Source: an uncultured Acidobacteriota bacterium
Lineage (GTDB): Bacteria; Acidobacteriota; Thermoanaerobaculia; UBA5066; Gp7-AA6
Direction of reading: 5' to 3'
Length of the DNA stretch: 64,000 nucleotides
NCBI GenBank assembly: GCA_963764715.1
Contig: CAVXTP010000003.1
Location: 32,001 to 96,000, forward strand
Part shown: in pieces, positions 38,606 through 46,941 of the stretch
Numbering within the stretch: the first letter of the stretch is position 1
Layout: each line of letters starts with the position of its first letter
The notes under the pieces: model-generated
Databases searched by the model: none
Told to the model about the DNA's origin: nothing
Seen by the model: the letters and a program-made list of their open reading frames with translations, nothing else
Program-made: the position numbers and the translations under genes

Positions 38606-40369
38606 TCAGGTGGGCAGACGCAGCGTGAAGACCGCTCCCCCGCCCGGCCGCTCGGAGACCTCGACGGTCCCGCCGTGGAGCTCGGCGATGCGGGCCACGA
38701 TCGCGAGGCCGAAGCCGGAGCCGCCGGGCTTCGAGGAGTAGAACGGCAGGAAGATCTTCTCCCGGGCCGCCGCGTCCACGCCGGGGCCGCGGTCCCAGAC
38801 CGACAGCGCGACCTCGGTCTCGCCCCGCGCCCCCGCGATCACGACGGCGTCCGGCTCGGGCCAGCGCTCCGGCGGAGTCGCCTCGGCGGCGTTGCGCAGG
38901 AGGTTCGCGAGCGCCCGCCGCAGCAGGACCGAGGACCCGCCGACCGTCGGGAACGCGCCGTCCTGGCCGACCGTGAGGCCGGGATGGGCGCGCTCGGTTT
39001 CCCCTCGCGCCGCCTCGACGACCCCGTCGAGGTCGACCCGCTCCGGCGAGAAGGCCTCCGGCCGGGCGAAGAGCAGGAAGTCGCTCGTGACCCGGCTCAT
39101 CTCCTGCGCCTCGCGGCGGATCGCGCGCACGAACTCGGCGGCCCGCTCGGGCTCCGCCGCGCGCAGGGCGAGGTCGGCGTACCCGTCGATCGCGGCCGCC
39201 GCGTTGCGGAACTCGTGGGCGGCGCCGGCCGAGACGCGGCCGAGGTCGGCGAGGTGCCGCGCGAGGGCGACGCGCCCCTCGAGGCGCCGGATCTCGGTCA
39301 GGTCCGAGAAGAGCGCCACGGCGCCGAGGAACCGTCCGTCGCCTCCCTGCGCGGGCGTGGCGGTGACGCCGAGGGCCCGCTCCTCCTCCCCTTCCCGCCG
39401 CCAGCGGACCTCGCGGCGTCCGGCGACCGTCCGGTCGCGGAGCACGTCGGCGATGAGCGCCAGGAAGTCCGGCGCGTCGGCGAGGAGGCGCTCGTACGAA
39501 TCCCCGCGGCGCTCTCCCTCGAGCTTCAGGATCTCGCGGCCGGCCTCGTTGATGTCGAGCACGCTGCCGCCCGGATCGACCGACAGCAGGCCGGTCGGCA
39601 GGTTGCGCGAGAGCGTGCGGGCCGCCGTCTCGAGATCGTCGGCGCGCTCCTTCTCGCGGCGGGCGAGACGCTCGAGCTCTCGCTCCTTCTCGTGGAGCGT
39701 CTCGATCGTCGACTCGAAGCGGGAGATCAGGAAGTGCCGCTCGTCGCCGTGCTCGGCCCCGCCGCCGGGCGCGCCCCCCGCGGCCTCGAGGAGCCGTTCG
39801 TAGGGTTTCAGGAGCGAGCGCAGGTAGAAGCCGGCGAGCACGATCAGCGCGATGGCCGACGCCGGCACGAAGATCGAGAGCCGCTGGGCGTAGGCGTTCA
39901 GCGCGGCCCCCGCTCCCGGGTCGACGGCGATCGCGTAATAGCGGCGGCCCGTCGCGAAGGTCGAGAGCAGCAGCGGCGGCCGCGACCGCCACTCGTGGAC
40001 CACGCGGCCGGCCGCCGGCCGGGGCTCCGGCAGCAACCGCGGCGCTTCCGGCGGGCCCGTCCCGGCCGAGTTCAGCCGCCGGCCGTTCTCGTCGTAAGTC
40101 GCCAGGTACGCGACGTCCGGCTCGATCGCTCCCCGCTCGAGCGCATCCTCCGATGCGCCCGGGCGCGCCGGCGACAGGGCGACCCGGCGCAGGATCTCGG
40201 CCGTGCGCCGCTCGGCCTCCTCCCGTCCCCAGGCCACCGCGCTGCGGAAGAAGAGAAGCGTCAGGAAGTTCAGGAAGAGGATGAGGAGGAGCGCGACCCA
40301 GAGGAAGAGCCGGGACTCCCGCCGGAAAGTGTGCGGAACGGACGCGGGTGCGCTCGTCGATTCGCTCAT
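38606..40369 (-). CDS. PAS-containing membrane sensor histidine kinase (PilS/NtrB-like)
   Basis: ATG 40369 in ATGA overlap with pilD. Two TM segments, PAS (LPTGLLSVD...INEAG), AHEFRN, NLLRNA, DRGPG, FLPFYSSK, GSGFGL. Confidence 0.88.
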   Translation of the reverse strand: MSESTSAPASVPHTFRRESRLFLWVALLLILFLNFLTLLFFRSAVAWGREEAERRTAEILRRVALSPARPGASEDALERGAIEPDVAYLATYDENGRRLNSAGTGPPEAPRLLPEPRPAAGRVVHEWRSRPPLLLSTFATGRRYYAIAVDPGAGAALNAYAQRLSIFVPASAIALIVLAGFYLRSLLKPYERLLEAAGGAPGGGAEHGDERHFLISRFESTIETLHEKERELERLARREKERADDLETAARTLSRNLPTGLLSVDPGGSVLDINEAGREILKLEGERRGDSYERLLADAPDFLALIADVLRDRTVAGRREVRWRREGEEERALGVTATPAQGGDGRFLGAVALFSDLTEIRRLEGRVALARHLADLGRVSAGAAHEFRNAAAAIDGYADLALRAAEPERAAEFVRAIRREAQEMSRVTSDFLLFARPEAFSPERVDLDGVVEAARGETERAHPGLTVGQDGAFPTVGGSSVLLRRALANLLRNAAEATPPERWPEPDAVVIAGARGETEVALSVWDRGPGVDAAAREKIFLPFYSSKPGGSGFGLAIVARIAELHGGTVEVSERPGGGAVFTLRLPT

Positions 40370-41160
40370 CGGGGCCACATCGAACGGTAGCGCGCCACGA
40401 TGGGATCTCCCAGGAACCAGGCCGCGATCGCGCCGAGCGCGAGGAAGACGCCGAAGGGAAGCCGCGTCTTGCCGTCTCCCCCGCGCGTCAGGATGAGGCC
40501 GAGGCCGACGACGCTGCCCGAGATCGAGCCGAGAAGGACGGTCACGACCACGCCCGCCGGACCCAGCAGCGCCCCGATCATCCCCAGCATTTTGACGTCG
40601 CCGAGGCCCATCCCCTCCTGTCCCGCGATCTTTTCGTAGGTGAAGGCCAGCAGGTAGAGCCCGCCCGCCCCGAGCAGGGCGCCGAGCGCGGCTTCGAGCG
40701 GCGTCCGCCGGACCGAGACGAACGCCAGCGCCAGGCCGACGACGATCCCGGGAAGCGTGATGACGTCCGGCAGGATCTGGTGGTCGTAGTCGATCGCGAG
40801 AAGCGCGATCGAAGCCGAGACGAGGAACGCGCCCGTCGCGGCGTCGCCCCAGGACGGCGCCGCCTTCAGGACCAGGACCCAGAGCGCGCCGTTCGAGAGC
40901 TCGACCAGCGGATAGCGGACGGCGATCGGAGCGCGGCAGCTCCGGCAGCGCCCGCCGAGCGCGATCCACGAGAGGACCGGCACGTTGTCCCGGGGCGCGA
41001 TGCGGCTCCCGCAGGACGGGCAGCTCGAGGGCGGCGAGACGACCGACTTCTCGTTCGGGAGCCGGTGGATGACGACGTTCAGGAAGCTCCCGACGACGAG
41101 GCCGAGCACGCCCGCGACGGCGAGGCCCGGGAGCGTCTGCGCCAGCGCGAGCGGCGTCAC
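40366..41160 (-). CDS. pilD: Prepilin peptidase / N-methyltransferase
   Basis: GSFLNVVIHRLP, SSCPSC, GRCRSC, YPLVEL, IDYDHQILPD, GMGLGDVKM, LPFGVFLA. Confidence 0.95.
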   Translation of the reverse strand: MTPLALAQTLPGLAVAGVLGLVVGSFLNVVIHRLPNEKSVVSPPSSCPSCGSRIAPRDNVPVLSWIALGGRCRSCRAPIAVRYPLVELSNGALWVLVLKAAPSWGDAATGAFLVSASIALLAIDYDHQILPDVITLPGIVVGLALAFVSVRRTPLEAALGALLGAGGLYLLAFTYEKIAGQEGMGLGDVKMLGMIGALLGPAGVVVTVLLGSISGSVVGLGLILTRGGDGKTRLPFGVFLALGAIAAWFLGDPIVARYRSMWPR

Positions 41161-43370
41161 GACGGCCGCCTCCCGAGGCGGACGGGCTCGCCGAGGTGCC
41201 AGAGGACGAGGATCGTCAGGAGCGCCGCCGCGGAGATCGCGGCGCCGGCGTAGAACGCCGTCGGTCGGTAGCGGAAGACGACCCGGTGGGTCCCGGCCGG
41301 TAGCGCGACCGCGCGAAACCATCCGTCCGCCCGAAGGAGCGGGAGCCGCTTCCCGCCCTCTTCCGCGACCCAGCCCGGATAGTGGAGGTCCGTCAGGACG
41401 AGGAGGCCGGCGTAGCTCGCCGTCACCTCGGCCACGACCTCCTCCGGCTCGTCGGAGGCGAGGTGCGCGACGAGCAGCGGCGTCGCGTCCGGCGGGCCCG
41501 CGGGATCGGGCGCGGGCCGGCGGTCGAGCAGCACTTCGCGCGTCAGGTCGACCTCGCCCGCGGCGACCCGCTTCCACGCGCGCTCCGCGTCCGGCTCGAT
41601 CCGGTAGCCGCGCACGTACGACAGCCGCGGCCGGTAGGGAGCGAGCGGAGCGCGGAAGAAGTCGCCGATCTTGCGCGACGGCAGCCGCGCCGGCGGAAAG
41701 GGCGTCCACAGGGCGCGCGCGCTCGCGGCGCCGGCCGGCAGCGCGTCCTCGGCGGCCCCGACCGATTCCTCGATCGCGGCGGCGGCCGCCGTCTTCAGCG
41801 GCGCCGCCGTGCGGAGCGTCGGGACGCGGCAGCCGAGGTTCGTGTAGCCGAGGAGCGACTCGCGCTGGCGTCGCAGCATCGCGGCGTCGAACGTTCCGTC
41901 GCGGAGCGTCCAGCCCGCGAGAAGCGCCATCGGAGGAGTGACGATGCGGCCGGCCACCCGCGCGAGCGGCTCCACGAGCTCCGGGCAGCGGCGCACGTCG
42001 GCCTCGGGCGCAAACCGCGGAACGTCCGCGAGACCGAGCGCGAGGGCGGCGACGAGGGCCGCGGCCGCCGACCCGGAGAGAAGCACGCCCCACGCCGGCC
42101 GGGCCCCCGGGCCGAGCGCCAGGAGTCCGACGGCCGCGCTGCCGAGGCCGCACGCCAGGCGCACCGGGAGGGGCAGCGGCGCGAGCGTCGCGAGGAGGAG
42201 CGCGCCGACCGCGGCGAGCCCGAAAACCGCACGCGCCCGCACCCCGCGCGCCGAAAACCGGAGGGCGTCGAGCCCCAGCCCCGAGAGCATCGCGAGACCG
42301 AACGCGGTCCAGGCGAGCCCCTTGCCCGCGTAGCGGACGCGATCGAGCGGCGGGATCGCGCGCAGCCACGCGCCCGGCGGCCCGGCCCCCGCGAGGACGA
42401 CGCCCGCGACGGCCACGATCGCGAGAATCACCGCGAGCCGCCGCCGGTGGCCCTCCGAAAACGCCGCCGCCGCCGCGACCAGGACGAACGGCGGCAGGAA
42501 GAGCGAGGCGAGGTAGGCCCCCCCGAAGAAGGGAGGCGAGAAACCCGCGAGCGACAGCGCGTCGCGGACGCCGACCGCGCCGAGGTCGCGCTCGGCCGCC
42601 GGTCGGGCCGAGCGACGGTCCGAGTGGAGGCCGAGCTCCCCCATCGGAACGAGGACCCACGCCGCGAGCGCCAGGCCGAGCAGGATCGCCGCTCCCGAGC
42701 GGCGGAGCGCGGCGAAGCGGGGCGTCGGGGCGACCGGCTCCGGAAAGGGCGCCCGGGGGCTCGCCGCCAGAACGAGCGCGAGGACGATCGACGCCGCGGA
42801 CATCTCCGGGCTGCCCGCCATCGCCTGGAGGCCCACGAGGGCGGCGAGGCCGAGGGTCGACGCCCGCGTCGCGAGGCCCGAGCGGGCGAGCGCGGCGATC
42901 GCCGGCAGGTACGCGAAGGCGCCGAAGTGGTTCCAGTAGACCGAGAACGAGGCCGCGAAACCGGAGGCCGCGAAGACCGCGGCCCCCAGGAGCGCTCCGG
43001 CGTCCGAGACGTTCTCCTCCTTGAGGAACCGGCGCGCTCCCCACGCCGCGATCGCGAAGTGGAGGAGCAGGAAGAGCGCGCCGGCGAGCGCCGCCGAGGG
43101 CAGCAGGAAGAGGAGCGTCGGCGGATAGAAGACGCCGCCCTGGCCGTTGGCGAGCCAGGGCTCGCCCGCGCCCGACAGCGGGTTCCAGAGAGGCAGGGAT
43201 CCCGAGCGCAGCCGCTCGACCGTGTAGAGCTTGAGCGGGTAGAAGAAGTCGCCCTGGTCCCGGAGCGTGGGGGCCTCGCGCCGCAGGAGCGCGGGGGAAA
43301 GCCACATCACGGCGGGAAGGAGGGCCGCGGCCGCGCAGACTCCGGAAACGAGCCGACGGCGCAGCAACAC
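41157..43370 (-). CDS. YfhO-like polytopic membrane protein (GT-C fold glycosyltransferase), copy 1
   Basis: RD...FYP...G.LPLWNP....GEPWLAN...GVFYPP; C-terminal YPGW...FRAVALPAGTHRVVFRYRP. Confidence 0.8.
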   Translation of the reverse strand: MLLRRRLVSGVCAAAALLPAVMWLSPALLRREAPTLRDQGDFFYPLKLYTVERLRSGSLPLWNPLSGAGEPWLANGQGGVFYPPTLLFLLPSAALAGALFLLLHFAIAAWGARRFLKEENVSDAGALLGAAVFAASGFAASFSVYWNHFGAFAYLPAIAALARSGLATRASTLGLAALVGLQAMAGSPEMSAASIVLALVLAASPRAPFPEPVAPTPRFAALRRSGAAILLGLALAAWVLVPMGELGLHSDRRSARPAAERDLGAVGVRDALSLAGFSPPFFGGAYLASLFLPPFVLVAAAAAFSEGHRRRLAVILAIVAVAGVVLAGAGPPGAWLRAIPPLDRVRYAGKGLAWTAFGLAMLSGLGLDALRFSARGVRARAVFGLAAVGALLLATLAPLPLPVRLACGLGSAAVGLLALGPGARPAWGVLLSGSAAAALVAALALGLADVPRFAPEADVRRCPELVEPLARVAGRIVTPPMALLAGWTLRDGTFDAAMLRRQRESLLGYTNLGCRVPTLRTAAPLKTAAAAAIEESVGAAEDALPAGAASARALWTPFPPARLPSRKIGDFFRAPLAPYRPRLSYVRGYRIEPDAERAWKRVAAGEVDLTREVLLDRRPAPDPAGPPDATPLLVAHLASDEPEEVVAEVTASYAGLLVLTDLHYPGWVAEEGGKRLPLLRADGWFRAVALPAGTHRVVFRYRPTAFYAGAAISAAALLTILVLWHLGEPVRLGRRPS

Positions 43371-43424
43371 CCGACTATTGTAGCGGCCGGTGCGCCTCCG
43401 GGCGGTCCGAGCGCGATCGCCGGA

Positions 43425-43910
43425 TCAGAACTGCGTCCCCTCGGGCCACTGGATGAAGGTGCCGTTGGAATAGTAGATGTCGTCGTTGAAGTTCGTCGTC
43501 GTGCCGCAGTTGATCGCGGTGTTCGACTTGTCGCGGCCGTAGGAGACCAGCACGTAGGAGTCGTTGGGAACGTTGGAGCCGTAGCGGAAGAAGTCGCCCC
43601 AGCCGTCGATCTTCGGGGCCTGGGCGATGTAGGTCGGCGACAGGTTCGAGAACGAGCCCGTCGTCAGCGTCACGCTCGTCGTCGTGTAGATGCCGCCCGC
43701 GCAGGTCGTGGCCGCCGGGTACTGGTTGTTGTCGACGGCGTAGGCCTCGATCGCGGTCGCGAGCGCCCGCATGTCGCTCATGGTTCGCTTCTGCTTGCCG
43801 CGCTGGACCGCGTTCAGCAGGTTCGGAATCGCGATCGCCGCCAGGATGCCGATGATCGCGATGACGATCAGGAGCTCGATCAGCGTGAAGCCGGACTCGC
43901 GCTTTTCCAT
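43425..43910 (-). CDS. Major pilin / GspG-like prepilin, copy A
   Basis: ATG 43910, ESG|FTLIELLIVIAIIGILAAIAIP, KIDGWG...SYGRD...DDI. Confidence 0.9.
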   Translation of the reverse strand: MEKRESGFTLIELLIVIAIIGILAAIAIPNLLNAVQRGKQKRTMSDMRALATAIEAYAVDNNQYPAATTCAGGIYTTTSVTLTTGSFSNLSPTYIAQAPKIDGWGDFFRYGSNVPNDSYVLVSYGRDKSNTAINCGTTTNFNDDIYYSNGTFIQWPEGTQF

Positions 43911-43960
43911 GACGGGCCTCCGGGGACCGATGGTTAGAGCTTGGACTATTCGAAAAGAAT

Positions 43961-43977
43961 TGCAAGAGGGACGCCAG
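43961..43977 (-). promoter_or_regulatory. Sigma54 promoter of pilin A
   Basis: Minus strand CTGGCGTCCCTCTTGCA. Confidence 0.8.
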
Positions 43978-44100
43978 CACGGCGGACGGGTAAACGCCGA
44001 CTGCTCAGTCGCTTGCGGAAGACCCTCCGCGTCGGCCGACAATTCGGGTCGCCGTGCGCTGACAATCCGCGGCTCAACGGGAAGCCGCGGCCGAGCAAAG

Positions 44101-44130
44101 AAAAACGGCCCCGGTTGCCCGGGGCCGTTT
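44101..44130 (-). terminator. Terminator after pilin B
   Basis: Minus strand AAACGGCCCCGG-GCAA-CCGGGGCCGTTTTT. Confidence 0.85.
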
Positions 44131-44154
44131 CGAGTTCGCTCGAAACCGGGCCGA

Positions 44155-44640
44155 TCAGAACTGGGTGCCTTCCGGCCACTGGATGAACGTGCCGTTGGAG
44201 TAGTAGATGTCGTCGTTGAAGTTCGTCGTCGTGCCGCAGTTGATCGCGGTGTTCGCCTTGTCGCGGCCGTAGGACGCGATCACGTAGTTGTTGCCCGGAG
44301 CGTCCGAGCCGTAGGTGAGGAACGTTCCCCAGCCGTCGATCTTCGGGGCCTGGGCGATGTAGGTCGGCGACAGGTTCGAGAACGAGCCCGTCGTCATCGT
44401 CACGCTGGTCGTCGTGTAGATGCCGCCCGCGCAGGTCGTCGCGGCCGGGTACGAGTTGTTGTCGACCGCGTACGCCTCGATCGCCGTCGCGAGGGCACGC
44501 ATGTCGCTCATCGACCGCTTCTGCTTGCCGCGCTGAACCGCGTTCAGCAGGTTCGGAATCGCGATCGCCGCCAGGATGCCGATGATCGCGATGACGATCA
44601 GCAGCTCGATCAGAGTAAAACCGGACTCCCGCTTCTTCAT
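44155..44640 (-). CDS. Major pilin / GspG-like prepilin, copy B
   Basis: 161 aa, type III signal G|FTLIE, SD GGAGGG. Confidence 0.9.
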   Translation of the reverse strand: MKKRESGFTLIELLIVIAIIGILAAIAIPNLLNAVQRGKQKRSMSDMRALATAIEAYAVDNNSYPAATTCAGGIYTTTSVTMTTGSFSNLSPTYIAQAPKIDGWGTFLTYGSDAPGNNYVIASYGRDKANTAINCGTTTNFNDDIYYSNGTFIQWPEGTQF

Positions 44641-44679
44641 TCTGTTTTCCCTCCGTTAAGTGTTTCTGACGGGGACTGG

Positions 44680-44696
44680 AGCAAGACGCGGGCCAT
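44680..44696 (-). promoter_or_regulatory. Sigma54 promoter of pilin B
   Basis: Minus strand ATGGCCCGCGTCTTGCT. Confidence 0.8.
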
Positions 44697-44817
44697 CGGA
44701 ACCCGACGCACAAGTCATGCGTAATCAGACACTTATGGCTGCGTCACACGGCCGCATATTCCGCGTTTTGTCAGTCCCATGAGCAAATCGGTGACGAAAT
44801 CTCGACCCGCGAAAAGG

Positions 44818-44844
44818 AAAAAGGCCCCGATCGCTCGGGGCCTT
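44818..44844 (-). terminator. Terminator after pilin C
   Basis: Minus strand AAGGCCCCGA-GCGA-TCGGGGCCTTTTT. Confidence 0.8.
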
Positions 44845-44867
44845 CGTCGAAACGCCGGGGAGAACGA

Positions 44868-45353
44868 TCAGAACTGGGTGCCCTCCGGCCACTGGATGAA
44901 CGTGCCGTTGGAGTAGTAGATGTCGTCGTTGAAGTTCGTCGTCGTGCCGCAGTTGATCGCGGTGTTCGCCTTGTCGCGGCCGTAGGACGCGATCACGTAG
45001 TTGTTGCCCGGAGCGTCCGAGCCGTACCGGAGGAACGTTCCCCAGCCGTCGATCTTCGGGGCCTGGGCGATGTAGGTCGGCGACAGGTTCGAGAACGAGC
45101 CCGTCGTCATCGTCACGCTGGTCGTCGTGTAGATGCCGCCCGCGCAGGTCGTCGCGGCCGGGTACGAGTTGTTGTCGACCGCGTACGCCTCGATCGCCGT
45201 CGCGAGGGCACGCATGTCGCTCATCGACCGCTTCTGCTTGCCGCGCTGAACCGCGTTCAGCAGGTTCGGAATCGCGATCGCCGCCAGGATGCCGATGATC
45301 GCGATGACGATCAGCAGCTCGATCAGAGTAAAACCGGACTCCCGCTTCTTCAT
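44868..45353 (-). CDS. Major pilin / GspG-like prepilin, copy C
   Basis: ATG 45353. Protein identical to copy B except one residue (FLRY vs FLTY). Confidence 0.9.
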   Translation of the reverse strand: MKKRESGFTLIELLIVIAIIGILAAIAIPNLLNAVQRGKQKRSMSDMRALATAIEAYAVDNNSYPAATTCAGGIYTTTSVTMTTGSFSNLSPTYIAQAPKIDGWGTFLRYGSDAPGNNYVIASYGRDKANTAINCGTTTNFNDDIYYSNGTFIQWPEGTQF

Positions 45354-45395
45354 GGACGCCCTTCCTTTCAAATGTTTCTGCTTCGGCAATACCGC

Positions 45396-45412
45396 AGCAA
45401 GCGCTAGGCCAG
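45396..45412 (-). promoter_or_regulatory. Sigma54 promoter of pilin C
   Basis: Minus strand CTGGCCTAGCGCTTGCT. Confidence 0.8.
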
Positions 45413-45489
45413 CCCCCATACAGTGAGTTAAGTGTATCGGTTTCAGGGGTTTGAATCAAACTGGCGGGCCGCCGGAACGCCGATTTTCG

Positions 45490-46941
45490 TCAGGGTGCGT
45501 TGTGACGGCTGACACTCTTTGCGAGCGCCCCGTCGCCCCCGGGCGGGGGCGGAAAGAGCGCGAATTCCTCGACGACGTCGGAAAGCAGCGTCACCCCGTT
45601 CAGGTAGTCCCGCAGGAAGACCCGTTCGTCGTTGCCGTGCCGGCGCACGGCGTCGGTGATGTTCATCGGGACGGCCTGGAAACCGTAGGTCGGGATGCCG
45701 CGGGCCCGCAGGAAGATCGAGGTCGTGTAGCCGCCGTAGGTCGGCAGCGGGCCGAACGGGATGCCCGGGTCGGTCGCCTCCGCGACGCGCGCGGATGAGC
45801 TCCGTGAAGGGCGTGGGGTACGGGCTCGCCACGGTCACCTCGGCGTCGATCGACGTGACGACCGTCAGGTGCTCGCGCCGCGCGTCCTCGTCGACCGGCC
45901 GCATGAAGGGCTCGGCCGAGATCCCCGGCGGCACGGAGATCGCGATGAATCGCCTCGGAAAACCCGGGCCGCGCCGGGTGCCGGTAGATGGGCGACCAGT
46001 CGATCCGCGGCTCGAGAAAGCTGCCGTAGCGGTTGGGCAGGATGGCGAGCTCGGCCGGGTTCTTGATCACGCGGTCGAGGTGGCGGAGCGGATCGGTCAG
46101 CGGCGACGCCATGCGGTTGGCGAGCAGGTCGAAGCCCAGCGACGACCTGCGGGTGCGGCGTGACGGGAGGCGACGTCGATCTTGCGGTAGCGGGCGGCGA
46201 GCCTCTCCAGCGGCTCCTCGCTCGAAGCCTCGAACTCGCGCACGATGTAGCCGGCCTGGACGGTCTCGAGCCCCCAGAACACGACGTCCCGCAGGATGAC
46301 CTCCGTCGTGCCGCCCTCGTTCAGGACCTCGCGGACGCCCGCGAACCACTCCGGCCGGTTCGCCATGAGCCAGCGCGCGCCCCACTTGCCTCCGCCCTCC
46401 TCGTCGGCCTCGGCGAGAAACAGGATGTCGTTCTCGGGCACGATGCCGCGCCGCTTCAGGCGCGCCAGGGCGAAGGCCTGGGCCAGGCCGAGCGACTTCA
46501 TGTCGTAGACGCCGCGCCCGTACAGGAAGCCGAGCTTGATCTGGCCGTCGCACGGCTGCGACTCCTGCCAGTACTGCGGGAAGGCGTCGACGACGTCGAT
46601 GTGGTTCAGGAGCAGCAGCGCCCCGTCGCGCCGCTTCCCCGGGAGCCGCGCGAGGACGTTGCAGCGCCCCGGCGCCGGGCAGACCGTCTCGGCCTCGATC
46701 CCCTCGCAGTCGAAGAACCGCTGAAGGAGCGCCGCGCCCTCCTTCTCGCCGTGCGTGTACGAGGTGTTGATCCGGACGTAGTCCCGGAGCCAGCCGGACG
46801 GGCTCCTCGCGCAGCCAGTCCTCGGCCGACCGCTTCACGTCGTCGGAGACGACCCGGGCGGCGGACGGGCGCTCGCTCCGTGCGGGCGCACGCGGCCCAC
46901 AGAAGCGGCAGGGCGAGCCCGACCGCAAGAATCCTTCTCAT
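45490..46941 (-). pseudogene. M20/M25/M40-family metallopeptidase, putative lipoprotein, multiply frameshifted (pseudogene or sequencing error)
   Basis: Pieces in different frames: MRRILAVGLALPLLWAAC, LLLNHIDVV, LYGRGVYDMKS, ADEEGG, VLNEGG, HGNDERV. Stop at 45490. Confidence 0.7.

Noticed and set aside
43425-45353. Electrically conductive (e-pili) pilins
   Set aside because: By hand count the mature pilin B has 17 aromatic residues in 154 (about 11%) with Y50 and Y57, but positions 24 and 27 are L and A and there is a 48-residue aromatic-free gap after F1. This fails the usual e-pilin criteria.
43425-45353. Neisseria-type silent pilS cassettes, shufflon or integron
   Set aside because: All three copies are full length with their own start and promoter; no recombinase, attC or inversion sites were seen.
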